The position numbers were made by a program, and so were the translations under genes. A stretch of DNA of 64,000 bases from the NCBI GenBank assembly GCA_963681965.1, contig OY820579.1, positions 704,001-768,000 of the forward strand, written 5' to 3'. Shown piece after piece: positions 1 to 11,024 of the stretch (position 1 is its first letter; each line of letters starts with the position of its first letter). This DNA is from a bacterium (GTDB lineage: Bacteria; Electryoneota; JAOADG01). The notes beneath the pieces are model-generated. The model did not search any database, was not told the origin of the DNA, and saw only the letters and a program-made list of their open reading frames with translations.

Positions 1-2
1 AA

Positions 3-188
3 GTGCTGAAAGGATTGAAACTGAATCCGGTAAAGACGATCGATCAAGTTTGGAAACTCGCACTACGTCGGCTTCCGACCTCAAAAAAATCGACCACCGA
101 GCAATCGAATTATACTTCGATTATACCAACGCTCGATCACCCCTCGCCCCACATCGATCTAGACGATCTTGAGATTGGCGAGATGTAA
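3..188 (+). CDS. lon: Lon protease, C-terminal end (partial, runs off window start)
   Basis: LKGLKLNPVKTIDQVWKLAL resembles the Lon C-terminus; lies directly upstream of engB (common lon-engB order). Confidence 0.75.
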   Translation: MLKGLKLNPVKTIDQVWKLALRRLPTSKKSTTEQSNYTSIIPTLDHPSPHIDLDDLEIGEM

Positions 189-234
189 TCGATGGCGATG
201 ACTGGATTCAAAATGTGCTTTATGAGGATGATTT

Positions 235-837
235 ATGGGTTTTAAGGCTGAAACCGAGCCCCCCTTCAGTGCAAAATTCTTACTGTCGGTGGTTGAGCTG
301 TCGCAACGACCGGTACCACGGTGGCGGGAAGTTGCTATTGGCGGTCGCTCGAATGTCGGAAAATCTTCCTTAATCAACGCGTTGTGTGCTCAAGGCGGGT
401 TGGCACGAGTCTCGAAAACACCCGGAAGAACTCGCGCACTGAACTATTTCTCGGTGCCGAAAGAGCAATTTTATCTGGTCGATTTACCAGGGTACGGTTA
501 CGCCAAAGCGGCGAAATCGGAGCAAACCGCATGGCGTGCAGTTGTCGATCGATACTTTTTCGATAGTCGCGAACTGGTTGCCGTATTTGCTTTAGTAGAC
601 GCACAGGTGGGACCCACGGCTCTCGATCGTGAATTCATCGAGTGGCTCGTTGATCGGCAAACCCCGTTTCGAATTGTGTTAACCAAATCCGATAAAGCGA
701 AACAATCCGAACTAGCTTCGACAATTCGCGCGCTCACTGAGCTAATCCCGACTGACCTTCAAATTGTTAAAACTTCTGCCGATAAGCTTATCGGTATCGA
801 AACACTCCGGCGGGAAATTCGCGAAACAATTTCGTAA
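235..837 (+). CDS. engB: Ribosome biogenesis GTPase EngB/YihA/YsxC
   Basis: GRSNVGKSSLIN, SKTPGRT, DLPGYGY and TKSDK motifs. Confidence 0.95.
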   Translation: MGFKAETEPPFSAKFLLSVVELSQRPVPRWREVAIGGRSNVGKSSLINALCAQGGLARVSKTPGRTRALNYFSVPKEQFYLVDLPGYGYAKAAKSEQTAWRAVVDRYFFDSRELVAVFALVDAQVGPTALDREFIEWLVDRQTPFRIVLTKSDKAKQSELASTIRALTELIPTDLQIVKTSADKLIGIETLRREIRETIS

Positions 838-933
838 TTTGCATGAAATGTGGCTTCAACCACTAGTTCTATAGTGTATATTACTTTCAAATAAATCGGA
901 TTTCCTCAACTTTCGTCCGGGAATAACGCGACA

Positions 934-1530
934 ATGCCACACACGATGCCTGATGTCCGAAAATCGATTCTAGAATCTGCGCGCAGCCGATTCTTAACCG
1001 ACGGTCTCAAAAAAACTACGATGGAGCAAATTGCCCGGGACCGACGGATCTCGAAAAAAACGCTCTACGAACATTTCCGCTCGAAAGATGAAATCTGGCG
1101 CGAATTGATCGTGATCGAATCCCGCAAATCCTGCGAATACTTAAAAACTCATCTTCCAACCGATTTATCACCCCTATACCGCTTAGAGCGCTTGATTGGA
1201 TACTATGTCCGCCGGCGTGTACTTAATCAATCCAATGTTCCGGCAACAGTAAGACTATCAGCACCGCTTCCGGCAATTGTACCGGATTCCGCCGATGACA
1301 CTTCCAAGCAGTTACGCGAGGAAGCGCTTCAACAAGCTTTTCCAACGTTGGTGGCGGAATTGATAACAGTAGCGCAAGCCACCGACGAGGTGGTTCCCGG
1401 AGAGGCAGGATTGCTGGCGGAGATGGTGGTCGGAGCGGTGATTGCTACGGCAACATCACCAAAATACAGTAACGATTGCATCAATTTGCTTACAACTCGT
1501 ATTCGCACTATGCTCAGCAACGTCACCTAA
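934..1530 (+). CDS. TetR/AcrR family transcriptional regulator
   Basis: N-terminal HTH: TTMEQIA...ISKKTLYEHFRSKDE. Confidence 0.9.
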   Translation: MPHTMPDVRKSILESARSRFLTDGLKKTTMEQIARDRRISKKTLYEHFRSKDEIWRELIVIESRKSCEYLKTHLPTDLSPLYRLERLIGYYVRRRVLNQSNVPATVRLSAPLPAIVPDSADDTSKQLREEALQQAFPTLVAELITVAQATDEVVPGEAGLLAEMVVGAVIATATSPKYSNDCINLLTTRIRTMLSNVT

Positions 1531-1533
1531 TAC

Positions 1534-1947
1534 TCATATTTTCCGTCTTTTTCCCATACTAACCAACGGGTCAATCGTGTATCCCAACTTCTGATAGAAT
1601 CGAATGACCCCTTTGTTCGTCTCACGAACCTGCAAATTGATTTTCGGGCAACCCAGATCCGCCAACCGCGCCTCGGCAGCTTCAACCAGCAGCTTTCCAG
1701 CTCCTAACCGACCGCTTGCCAAATAATTCAACCATCCGCGATGTCCATCATAACCCGCCATCACGGTACCTACCACCACCTCATTTTGCACTGCAACCAG
1801 AAATAATTCCGGCTGCCAAGCGACCTTCATTGCGATATCTTGCACCGGATCGTTCCATGGAACGACAAGATTGCTTTGTTTCCAAAGATTTACGACTTGA
1901 TCCTCATCATCTGGGTGGTACGGTCGAACAGTCATTTCGGTTCGCAT
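1534..1947 (-). CDS. GNAT acetyltransferase (YpeA-like)
   Basis: PWNDP, VGTVMAGYDGHRGW, GCPKINLQVR, FYQKLGY. Confidence 0.9.
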   Translation of the reverse strand: MRTEMTVRPYHPDDEDQVVNLWKQSNLVVPWNDPVQDIAMKVAWQPELFLVAVQNEVVVGTVMAGYDGHRGWLNYLASGRLGAGKLLVEAAEARLADLGCPKINLQVRETNKGVIRFYQKLGYTIDPLVSMGKRRKI

Positions 1948-2061
1948 AGTTGACCCTTTTCTATGTACATTTGCGGTGTTAGATGCAATTCGATGTTAAA
2001 GGTCATAATTTAACACCAAGTATCTTCGCTTTTCATCACTTAAATAATCGGAGTAAATCTC

Positions 2062-3075
2062 ATGAGTCCGACCAATATTTCATCGACCAATAACTGGACA
2101 CCTACTTCGATTCGGGAACTTGCGTATGCTTTCCAAAAAAGCCGCACTTTTTTAACCGCTTATGATCTGGCAATTTTTACTGCCATCGGTAACGATGCAA
2201 AAAATGCGACCGATGTCGCAACCACGCTTAATGCCGATATCCGCGCGACTGAGCGGCTGCTGAATGCGCTGGTCGGTTTTGGTCTCTTGACCAAGCGCGA
2301 GGATCTGTTTTCCAATACCGATTTCAGTAAAATTTATCTGGTGAAAAGTTCCCCGGAATACCTTGGCGGCATTGCCCATGCTGAGAATTTGTGGCGTAAC
2401 TGGAGCACACTAACTGCGTCTGTAATCGCTGGAACGTGTTTGGTTGAGCGACGATTTTCTCACCCCGGCAGCGATCCCACCCGTGGTTTCATTGCTGCCA
2501 TGCATGATCGCGCACGTCCTGTTGCACCGGTTATTGCCAATCAGATCGATTGGACCGGGATCTCGCGAGTCATTGATATCGGTGGTGGTTCGGGTGTCTA
2601 TTCCATCGCCTTCGTATACGCGAATCCAGCGCTCACTGCCACCGTTTTCGACCTGCCGGCAATTATTCCCCTCACGAAAGAATACATCGCTACCGAGAAT
2701 TTAGTCGATCGCATCGACACACGCGAAGGCGACTATTTGCTTGACGAGTTGGGAACCGGATACGATCTGGCGTTTCTTTCGGCGGTTATCCATAGCAATT
2801 CAGCCGAAGAGAACAAACACCTGATGAAGCAGTGTGCTGCTGCGCTCAACCCGGGCGGCAAAATTGTCATCCAGGATTTTGTGATGGATGAAGATCGTAC
2901 AACGCCAGAGCAAGGCGCACTATTTGCCCTCAACATGTTGGTCGCAACGCCTTCCGGCGACACCTATACCGAAACGGAAATTACCGAGTGGCTGCAGGAA
3001 GCGGGATTTCATTCGATTTACCGGCATGAAACCGGTTTCGGAACCACCCAGATGATCGGTACATTAGAATCTTAA
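2062..3075 (+). CDS. SAM-dependent O-methyltransferase with dimerisation domain
   Basis: DIGGGSG SAM motif, VFDLP, ALNPGGKIVIQD. Confidence 0.9.
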   Translation: MSPTNISSTNNWTPTSIRELAYAFQKSRTFLTAYDLAIFTAIGNDAKNATDVATTLNADIRATERLLNALVGFGLLTKREDLFSNTDFSKIYLVKSSPEYLGGIAHAENLWRNWSTLTASVIAGTCLVERRFSHPGSDPTRGFIAAMHDRARPVAPVIANQIDWTGISRVIDIGGGSGVYSIAFVYANPALTATVFDLPAIIPLTKEYIATENLVDRIDTREGDYLLDELGTGYDLAFLSAVIHSNSAEENKHLMKQCAAALNPGGKIVIQDFVMDEDRTTPEQGALFALNMLVATPSGDTYTETEITEWLQEAGFHSIYRHETGFGTTQMIGTLES

Positions 3076-3128
3076 TCTGAAATAAAACGATCTATTTCGC
3101 GGACAACGAAGAAGTATCCGGAGCTTAC

Positions 3129-4106
3129 ATGGTTACGTCGAAATTGCGTTCTTTTCTTTCGATCTCGATCCTCATCTTTTTCCTTGTTTCCTGTGTTGGT
3201 GCAAGCGATTCGACGAAATCGGCAACACTGGTTCCTTTTGGCATATCCGATCGATCGGTTTCCTTTTTGGTGATCGGCGATTGGGGGCGTCGAGGGAAAG
3301 AAAATCAACAAGAGGTTGCCAATCAGATGGGAATCTATGGTGCACAGATCAATTCGAGTTTTACGATTTCGGTCGGCGACAATTTTTACGAGACTGGCGT
3401 TACCTCTACTTCCGATTCCCATTGGAAAGAGACGTTTGAAAATGTATTTACCGCTCCAGTACTTCAAAAAAGGTGGTATGTAACCCTGGGTAATCACGAT
3501 TATGCCGGGAGTGTACAAGCGCAAGTCGATTACACCAAACTGTCCAAGCGATGGTATATGCCTAACACCTATTTTTCCGAGACTATCGCTGTTGACGATA
3601 CCACCAAAGCATTATTTGTTTTTCTGGATACCAATCCGTTCGTGAATAAGTATTACTCAAAAGCCGTTTGGAATCGAAATTACAATGAAATCGTCAAGCA
3701 AGATACCTTGGCGCAATTTCGCTGGTGTGACAGCGTTCTGGCACACAGCAATGCACAGTGGAAAATTCTGGTTGGACACCATCCGGTATATTCCGGTAGC
3801 ACTTACCATGGCGACACTCCGGAAATGATTGAAAAGATTTTACCATTAATCAAGAAATATCACGTACAGGTTTTTCTTTGCGGTCACGATCACGATCTTC
3901 AACATCTCAAGCCGAATAACGAATCGACCGATTATTTCATTTCCGGCGGTGGTTCATCGGTACGACCGACAAAAATGAAACCGTTTTCCCGGTTCGGTGA
4001 AGGCATATCGGGTTTTCTTGCCGCGACCTTGTCTAATAAAACGATGTCGGTAAACTTTATCGATTATAATGGCAATATTCTATATCGCACTGAAGTAAAC
4101 CGTTAG
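3129..4106 (+). CDS. Purple acid phosphatase (TRAP type 5-like), exported
   Basis: GDWG, GDNFY, GNHDY, VGHHP, GHDH motifs; N-terminal hydrophobic signal with Cys. Confidence 0.9.
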   Translation: MVTSKLRSFLSISILIFFLVSCVGASDSTKSATLVPFGISDRSVSFLVIGDWGRRGKENQQEVANQMGIYGAQINSSFTISVGDNFYETGVTSTSDSHWKETFENVFTAPVLQKRWYVTLGNHDYAGSVQAQVDYTKLSKRWYMPNTYFSETIAVDDTTKALFVFLDTNPFVNKYYSKAVWNRNYNEIVKQDTLAQFRWCDSVLAHSNAQWKILVGHHPVYSGSTYHGDTPEMIEKILPLIKKYHVQVFLCGHDHDLQHLKPNNESTDYFISGGGSSVRPTKMKPFSRFGEGISGFLAATLSNKTMSVNFIDYNGNILYRTEVNR

Positions 4107-4120
4107 CGTGGCAAACTAGA

Positions 4121-5779
4121 TTGCGATCTTCTACGACACCGATACTACCAACGACGACCGGCAATGAAACCGGTTCTTCTTCAATTCATCACATTTCGGA
4201 CTCGACACCACCCCCCAGTGAAATACTAAAACGATGGCTCGTACCTTACTTAATCGGTACCGTTCTCGCCGGTGCTGTCGGTGCACCGTTGGTGTGGTTC
4301 GGTGTCGATCTTCCAATCGATCAACGCAATGCTTGGCAGGCGGTACTTATTGGAACAGTCATTTCCTACGCTGTGATGATTTTGCTCGATTTTTTCGCCA
4401 CTGCGATTTATCTATTGCGAAATCTTGATAAAGAAACCCACACAATCGTTTATCGTAAATTGCGTCGTTTCCCTTTTTTTTGTGCTGTTCGATCGCTTAC
4501 GATTCACTGGCTGGGCTTCGCTGTTCCGCTCGTGGTTTGTTGGATATGGTTGTTCGAAGAACTTAAAATTTCGATTGTCCCGATTCAAGTCATTTTCTTT
4601 TTGGTCGTTTCGCTGCTGATGTCGTTTATGCATGGGATCGTCGAATACTACCTGGTGTCGCGCCGGTTACACCCGTTTCTCAGAGTCACTCAACCTGCCA
4701 CTCATTCACTACTTCCAATTTGGCTGAAAATCGGAGGAATTACCTTATTTGTTAGTGTCATTCCGATTGCACTGCTCGCCGAAACGATCTACCTCAAACT
4801 CGCCCATGCTAACACTACAACCATTGTTTCGGGATCAGGAATTTCACCAATCATTATGTGGACTGTCGTTTACACGCTCGTTTCGATCGTAGTCAGTTTG
4901 GTGATTACATGGTTGGTTGCATCGGACATTTCTACGGCTTCGAAGCAGTTGGTAGAAGGATTCCAACGACTCGCGCAAGGCGATAAACAACATCGTCTCA
5001 CAATCGCATCGGCAGATGAATTTGAAGAATTAGCTGCCGGTTTTAATTCGATGGCAACGGAGCTACAACGCAATGAAATGATCTATGAGGAGTTCGGAAA
5101 ATTAGTCGATCCGACCATTCGTGATGAAATGCTGTCCGGACGCGTGAATCGTGAAGGTGAATTACGGTATGCTGTGATTTTATTCACCGATTTAATGAAT
5201 TTTACCCCATTGGCAGAATCGCTCAAACCGGCTGAACTAATTTCATATCTCAACGAATTGTTCGATCATCTAGTAAAAACAATCTCCGCTCATGGTGGAA
5301 CGGTAAATAAATTCGTCGGCGATGCGATTCTTGCGTTTTGGAATCTCCCAATTTCAATGGAAAATCCCGAAATCGCTGCCGTAAAATGTGCATTGCAGAT
5401 GCAGGAAGTCGTAGAACAATTCAATCGCAATCGATCAACTTGGCGCAAAAATCTATCGGTATCCATTGCGCCTGCGCAAATCGGGATCGGGATTCATGCC
5501 GGAAACGTGATTGCCGGTACAGTCGGTGCTGAACATCGTCGCGAATACACCGTTCTAGGTAATCACGTCAATCTCGCCGCCAGATTTCAACAACATACTC
5601 GAAACTCGAGTTGTAACATCATCGTAAGCAATACAATCGCCGAGAAAATTCGTCCTTTTACGCGATCTTCCGCTTTTTCACTCATCCCCATGGGAACAGT
5701 CGAATTAAAAGGGGTCGCTGAACCTCAAGCGGCATTTGGTGTTTTAAGACCAACCCCATCCAATCCCCTTCATCACTAA
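4121..5779 (+). CDS. Membrane class III adenylate/guanylate cyclase with HAMP domain
   Basis: Several TM helices, HAMP (DEFEELAAGFNSM), LFTDLMNFT, NKFVGDAI, YTVLGNHVNLAARFQ. Confidence 0.9.
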   Translation: MRSSTTPILPTTTGNETGSSSIHHISDSTPPPSEILKRWLVPYLIGTVLAGAVGAPLVWFGVDLPIDQRNAWQAVLIGTVISYAVMILLDFFATAIYLLRNLDKETHTIVYRKLRRFPFFCAVRSLTIHWLGFAVPLVVCWIWLFEELKISIVPIQVIFFLVVSLLMSFMHGIVEYYLVSRRLHPFLRVTQPATHSLLPIWLKIGGITLFVSVIPIALLAETIYLKLAHANTTTIVSGSGISPIIMWTVVYTLVSIVVSLVITWLVASDISTASKQLVEGFQRLAQGDKQHRLTIASADEFEELAAGFNSMATELQRNEMIYEEFGKLVDPTIRDEMLSGRVNREGELRYAVILFTDLMNFTPLAESLKPAELISYLNELFDHLVKTISAHGGTVNKFVGDAILAFWNLPISMENPEIAAVKCALQMQEVVEQFNRNRSTWRKNLSVSIAPAQIGIGIHAGNVIAGTVGAEHRREYTVLGNHVNLAARFQQHTRNSSCNIIVSNTIAEKIRPFTRSSAFSLIPMGTVELKGVAEPQAAFGVLRPTPSNPLHH

Positions 5780-5859
5780 TTCTTGTTTTTACGCACTAAG
5801 CCGTCACCAACAGAATTTGTTTAAGTTCGTACTATTTAATGTTTAACGAGGGACGTGTT

Positions 5860-6309
5860 ATGCCATCGGTGTATCAAGGTCAACCAGAAGAAGTCTTGGC
5901 ACTTAATTTATATATTAAGTTATCAAGAGCTTATGAAGCAGTAAACAACCGTCTGATGAAGCAGGGTACTCTACAGGGGTTAACAATCAGCCAATTCGGG
6001 GTCTTGGAAGCACTCTTCCACCGTGGATCGATGTGCCAACACGACCTCAGCATTAAAATATTGCGGAGTCCAGCGAATCTTACCACGGTTATTGACAATT
6101 TGGAAAAACTAAGTCTCGTCCAACGAACAGCTTGTGAGACTGATCGTCGCCGCTTGATCATAAAATTGACGGAAGCTGGAGAACAGCTTATTAAAACGGT
6201 TCTTCCACTGCATGTTGCGGCGATTGTGAAAGAATTTTCGGTGCTAACTCCCACCGAACAAGAGCAGTTTGCACAACTGGCTAAAAAGCTTGGTCTTGCG
6301 AATTCTTAA
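5860..6309 (+). CDS. MarR family transcriptional regulator
   Basis: LTISQFGVLEAL, NLTTVIDNLEK, DRR...LTEAG; ATG at 5860 follows a GAGGG RBS. Confidence 0.9.
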   Translation: MPSVYQGQPEEVLALNLYIKLSRAYEAVNNRLMKQGTLQGLTISQFGVLEALFHRGSMCQHDLSIKILRSPANLTTVIDNLEKLSLVQRTACETDRRRLIIKLTEAGEQLIKTVLPLHVAAIVKEFSVLTPTEQEQFAQLAKKLGLANS

Positions 6310-6350
6310 CAAGATGTCAATGATTTCAAATACTTAACAAGGAGTTTTAG

Positions 6351-6920
6351 GTGTCAATTAATCAAAAGCCTATTCAGATATTAGCTGTCGCTGGCAGTTT
6401 ACGTAAAGGATCGTTCAACCGCGCGTTGATTCGAGCTGCAAAAGAGTTACTGCCAGACAACGTAACTCTCGTAGAATTCGATATATCCAATATTCCATTG
6501 TACAATGGTGATGTCGAAGCCATTGGTTTTCCTGAATCAGTGCAAGAATTCCGTCAGCAGATCGCGACTGCTGATGCCTTACTCATTGCCACTCCGGAAT
6601 ATAACTACTCAATACCGGGTGTTTTGAAAAATGCTATTGATTGGGCATCACGAGGACCGAACCAGCCTTTTTTCGGAAAGCCACTGGGATTGATGGGAGT
6701 AGGTGGAACGCTGGGAACGGGGCGTTCACAATACCATCTTCGACAAGTATCAGTCGTATTGAACATGTATCCTATTAATAAACCGGAAGTTCTGATTCAG
6801 TATTCAAAAGAGAAATTCGATGACGCTGGTAATTTGATCGATCCTACTGCGAAGAAATTCATTCGCGAACACTTGAAAGCGCTTGCAGAATTTACAAGAA
6901 CGCTTTCAAGCAATGATTAA
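6351..6920 (+). CDS. NAD(P)H-dependent FMN reductase (ChrR/SsuE-like)
   Basis: GSLRKGSFN and ATPEYNYSIPGVLKNAIDW motifs. Confidence 0.92.
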   Translation: MSINQKPIQILAVAGSLRKGSFNRALIRAAKELLPDNVTLVEFDISNIPLYNGDVEAIGFPESVQEFRQQIATADALLIATPEYNYSIPGVLKNAIDWASRGPNQPFFGKPLGLMGVGGTLGTGRSQYHLRQVSVVLNMYPINKPEVLIQYSKEKFDDAGNLIDPTAKKFIREHLKALAEFTRTLSSND

Positions 6921-7040
6921 TCTCAGATTATTCAATTAATTACAATTAACATCGAATACCTTCTAGATTGATTTTGTGGTTTTCAATCCCTTCGAATCAC
7001 GATTACCTATTTTATGTTGTCCTTTATTAATGAATTACGA

Positions 7041-7070
7041 GAGTGGATATCTTTATCCACTCCAGTTTTT
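7041..7070 (+). terminator. Putative intrinsic terminator after the MarR/FMN reductase pair
   Basis: GAGTGGATA-TCTT-TATCCACTC hairpin followed by CAGTTTTTT. Confidence 0.55.
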
Positions 7071-7400
7071 TCAACGAGCTGTCTGTGTTAGTATTTAGAT
7101 TAAACGGTAAATTCTATATAAACAGCAACAACACAAAATTCCTCACATCCGATGCAGATAGATTGACGTATTGACTTCACCAAGAAACATACCCGAAAGA
7201 GGAACGTATCCTCTTCACTGATACATCCAAAAAAATATTAAATTACTTAACCACTACTTGCTTTTGATTCCATAGTGACTATATATTTAGCTAGCAATAA
7301 ACGATATTGTAATTAACTTACGAATCGTTTGAATTATTATAAATACGGCATTCCATAAATTCAAACGCAAATCGATCCCAACAGGAGTTCAGATCGACAC

Positions 7401-7790
7401 ATGGTCGAACCGCAACAGCCTCATCAACGCAATTCCGGCAACTTATCGTCTTCTGGCTTGACCATGGCGTGGGTGACGATCGGAAATAAGTGGAAAATGG
7501 AAATTCTTTGGGCGTTGCGAAACGGTCGTTGCCGTTTTAGCGCGCTACGAAAGCGTATTCCGCAGATCTCCGACCGCATGTTATCGCAATCGCTACGCGA
7601 ACTAGAACAAAATGAGTTGGTGATCAGAGAGATTTTTGCTGAGATTCCGCCACGGGTCGAATATCAATTAACGACCAACGGTGAAACGGTGATTCCCATA
7701 CTACAACGGATCAATGCCTGGGGAATAAAACGGATGGTAACAAAGCTGGATTCAGAAACACCAAAGCTCGACGAACCAGAATGGATTTAG
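7401..7790 (+). CDS. HxlR (DUF24) family winged-helix regulator
   Basis: IGNKWKMEIL, ISDRMLSQSLRELE, EIPPRVEYQLT. Confidence 0.92.
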   Translation: MVEPQQPHQRNSGNLSSSGLTMAWVTIGNKWKMEILWALRNGRCRFSALRKRIPQISDRMLSQSLRELEQNELVIREIFAEIPPRVEYQLTTNGETVIPILQRINAWGIKRMVTKLDSETPKLDEPEWI

Positions 7791-7911
7791 TTATTAACAA
7801 CACAAGTGTCTGTTATCATTGAGCACAAACATACAATTTCGAGGAAATCAGGAATATTAGACGACGAGTTATCCACTTGAATCTGCATTTGAAAATAAGT
7901 TGAATTCGGAT

Positions 7912-10900
7912 TTATCCAATCAGAGCGGTGCGAACAGCTTTTAATAAATCTGCCGCTTTAAACGGCTTCTGTAAAAACGGAAGTCCTTTTTCTTGAATTA
8001 GATGTACGACAGATTCTGTAGTATAACCGGACATAAACAATACTTTAATCGATGGGTATTGAGCTTGAATGAGGTCATAAAGCGCTGGACCACTAGTTCC
8101 GGGCATCACCACATCAGTGAGTACCAGTCGAATTTGTTCGTGTTGTTCCGCAATGATTAACGCTGCTTCCGTTCCATTATTAGCCTTAAGTATCTTATAT
8201 CCATATTGTTTCAACAGACGAGCAGTCAAATCCAAAATAACTTTTTCGTCTTCGACAATTAAAATCGTTTCAACACCACCCGTATTTTCTGTTTTGGGTA
8301 TTTGAACTGGCGCTTCTACATGCTGATCGATCGCGGGATAGTGAATATGTATCGAAGTCCCAACCCGCTCTTCACTGTCAATTTCAATAAAACCACCAGA
8401 TTGCGTTACGATCCCGTGCACGGTCGCCAACCCCAACCCTGTTCCTTGTCCCATCGGTTTCGTGGTAAAGAACGGCTCGAGTGCGTGCTCCTTCACCTCG
8501 GTTGACATTCCAATACCGGTATCGGAAATGGTCAATCGGCAATAGGTTATTGTCCGAGGCGATTCGACTTCCGGTAGTTCGCTGGTTTCGATAACTGTCT
8601 TCAAATCTGTTTTCAGGGTAATTTTGCCTCCTTGTGGAAGTGCATCTCTTGCATTTACAATAAGATTCATTACTACTTGTTCAGTTTGTCCTTCGTCGGC
8701 GATGATATTGGGTAACTCTTCAAACAGATTGTATGTAATTTCAATGTCTTCGCTAATTAACCGCGTTAACATCTTCGACATGCCTTTTAGGATGTCATTT
8801 AAATTTATGATTTTAGGTATTTGCGGTTGTCGGCGGCTAAATGCCAACAGTTGTCGGGTAAGCGATGTGCCACGATCTACCATCTGCCGAATTAATGATA
8901 GCCCCTCCTGCATCGAATCGTCTTTTTTCAATTTGCTTGCCATAATCTCAGTATTGGCACTGACGATCGTCAGCAAATTATTGAAATCATGTGCAACACC
9001 ACCAGCCAGCCGTCCAATTGCTTCGAGTTTTTGCGACTGATGGAGTTGGTCTTCCAGTAAACGCTCGCGCGATAAATCGTGCTTTACTGCGATAAAATTC
9101 GTAATAGTACCATTTGAATCGCGTACCGGAGAAATCGTCGCTTCTTCTTCGAACAGCGAACCATCTTTTCGCTTGTTGACAAACCGACCCCGCCAAATTT
9201 CACCATGAACGATCAAATTCCACAAGTTGGCATAGAAATTCGCATCATGCTTTCCACTGCGGAGAATATTGGGTTTCCGACCAATAACCTCATCGCGTGA
9301 ATATCCCGTAGATTTTGTAAATGCCGGGTTTACATATTGAATAACCGAATCGGGACCGACGATCATTAACGATTCAGATGTCTGCTCGATTGCGGATTTC
9401 AATCGATTTAAATCTTCTTCCGCACTTTTCCGTTCGGTAATGTCGCGAATTATTGCCTGAACGAGTTTCTCGCTATCCACATCCAATTGATTCACGTTAA
9501 CTTCGGCGAGAAACTCCGATTGATCGTTGCGCTTAAATCGCCATTCAAAGTTAAGTTTCTCGCCTTTTGCCGATTTTTCCAAAAATGTCTGAATTAATTG
9601 ACTGGTGAGAATTCCGTGCGGTTGGAAATCCGGTGATAAATCTTGGATCGATTTTCCAGTCAGCGCGGGCTTGGGCAAACCATACATCGTGGCGGCACAT
9701 TGGTTGCATTCGATAATAACTTCCGACTTTAAAATCAGGATCGCGTCGTTAGCTGTTTCAAAGAGTGTTCGAAACCGTTTTTCGCTTTCCGATAACGATT
9801 GCTCCATCTGCTTGTGCTCGGTTATATCGCGCAACATAACCAGAATCGCTTTAATATTACCGGCTTTATCAGTGATCGGAGTGGTAAATACGACACCCCA
9901 GAAATTGGTGCCTTCGTGATCTACGAATTTATATTCACCCGATTCTTTTGTCAGCGCTCCGTTTCTTAAATCAACCAAGCGATTCCGAATTAAGTGATGA
10001 TATTCCGGAGCGACTAAGCTGAAGGCATTAAAGGTAGGAACATTTGCGTCTCGGGGAATTTTGAATAGTTTTTTCGTCATTTCCGACGCAAAAATTACCT
10101 TCCCTTCGATGTCAAGTATTACAATGCCTTCCGGTGAGGTGGAGATCAACTTCCGGTAATATTCCTCGGTTTCACTTGCCCGATCATCCGCTTCAACGCG
10201 CTCGGTAATATCGATTATAATTCCCGAGATCCGCTTCGGTCTTCCTTCTTCGTCTTGTTCAACGATTTTACCGCGATCCAATACCCAAATCCACTCGCCA
10301 TCCTTTTTCCGCATACGATGTTCGTTTTCATAAAATGGCGTGGCACCGGAAAGATAGAGTTGTAGCTTTCGATCTATTTCGGCAATGTCATCGGGATGGA
10401 CCAAGCGCCGCCAAAGTTGTGGCTGAACCAAAATTTCCGGGGAGTCGTACCCCAACAATTTGGCGTATTCGTCGCTGTAATAAACCGTGCCGGAAATTAA
10501 ATTCCAATCCCAAATTGCGGCGTTAATCCCTTCCATCGCTATCGATAGGCGTTCCCGGTATTCAAACAAAGAACGCTCGATTCGCATTTTTTCGCGTTTA
10601 ATCCGGGCATGATTGAGAACCGATCGAACCGATTGCGGAAACCGGGTAATCCGGTCTTTCAGTACATAGTCATCGGCACCGGCTTTCATACATTCGACTG
10701 CGGTTTCTTCGTTGATCGATCCAGTAAGGACGATAAATGGTGTGTCTGGGGAGAATTCTTGAACGATTTTGAGCGCCGATAGTCCATCAAACGACGGCAT
10801 CGCATAATCGGATACAACAAGATCGGGGTGAAAATCGGTAAGTTCTGCAATCAATCGATCGGCATTATCGACACGGCAGTGCTCGATCGTGAGTTCGTTA

Positions 10901-10995
10901 TGCTGCAAAGCACGGACAGCTAATTCCACGTCGGATGGAATATCTTCAACGAATAGAATGCGAATCGGTTGGTTCATCCTTATTTCTATCGTCAC
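7912..10995 (-). CDS. Hybrid sensor histidine kinase (REC, multiple PAS, HisKA, HATPase, REC)
   Basis: N-terminal REC (VEDIPSD, VSDYAMP), GGVAHDFNNLL H-box, FFTTKPMGQGTGLGL, C-terminal REC. Confidence 0.93.
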   Translation of the reverse strand: MTIEIRMNQPIRILFVEDIPSDVELAVRALQHNELTIEHCRVDNADRLIAELTDFHPDLVVSDYAMPSFDGLSALKIVQEFSPDTPFIVLTGSINEETAVECMKAGADDYVLKDRITRFPQSVRSVLNHARIKREKMRIERSLFEYRERLSIAMEGINAAIWDWNLISGTVYYSDEYAKLLGYDSPEILVQPQLWRRLVHPDDIAEIDRKLQLYLSGATPFYENEHRMRKKDGEWIWVLDRGKIVEQDEEGRPKRISGIIIDITERVEADDRASETEEYYRKLISTSPEGIVILDIEGKVIFASEMTKKLFKIPRDANVPTFNAFSLVAPEYHHLIRNRLVDLRNGALTKESGEYKFVDHEGTNFWGVVFTTPITDKAGNIKAILVMLRDITEHKQMEQSLSESEKRFRTLFETANDAILILKSEVIIECNQCAATMYGLPKPALTGKSIQDLSPDFQPHGILTSQLIQTFLEKSAKGEKLNFEWRFKRNDQSEFLAEVNVNQLDVDSEKLVQAIIRDITERKSAEEDLNRLKSAIEQTSESLMIVGPDSVIQYVNPAFTKSTGYSRDEVIGRKPNILRSGKHDANFYANLWNLIVHGEIWRGRFVNKRKDGSLFEEEATISPVRDSNGTITNFIAVKHDLSRERLLEDQLHQSQKLEAIGRLAGGVAHDFNNLLTIVSANTEIMASKLKKDDSMQEGLSLIRQMVDRGTSLTRQLLAFSRRQPQIPKIINLNDILKGMSKMLTRLISEDIEITYNLFEELPNIIADEGQTEQVVMNLIVNARDALPQGGKITLKTDLKTVIETSELPEVESPRTITYCRLTISDTGIGMSTEVKEHALEPFFTTKPMGQGTGLGLATVHGIVTQSGGFIEIDSEERVGTSIHIHYPAIDQHVEAPVQIPKTENTGGVETILIVEDEKVILDLTARLLKQYGYKILKANNGTEAALIIAEQHEQIRLVLTDVVMPGTSGPALYDLIQAQYPSIKVLFMSGYTTESVVHLIQEKGLPFLQKPFKAADLLKAVRTALIG

Positions 10996-11024
10996 TTTTC
11001 ATCCGTTTGGAAATGATTTTACGA

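Noticed and set aside
7041-7063. DnaA-box-like TTATCCACT pair
   Set aside because: Forms a hairpin followed by a T-tract; better explained as a terminator, and far from the box clusters.
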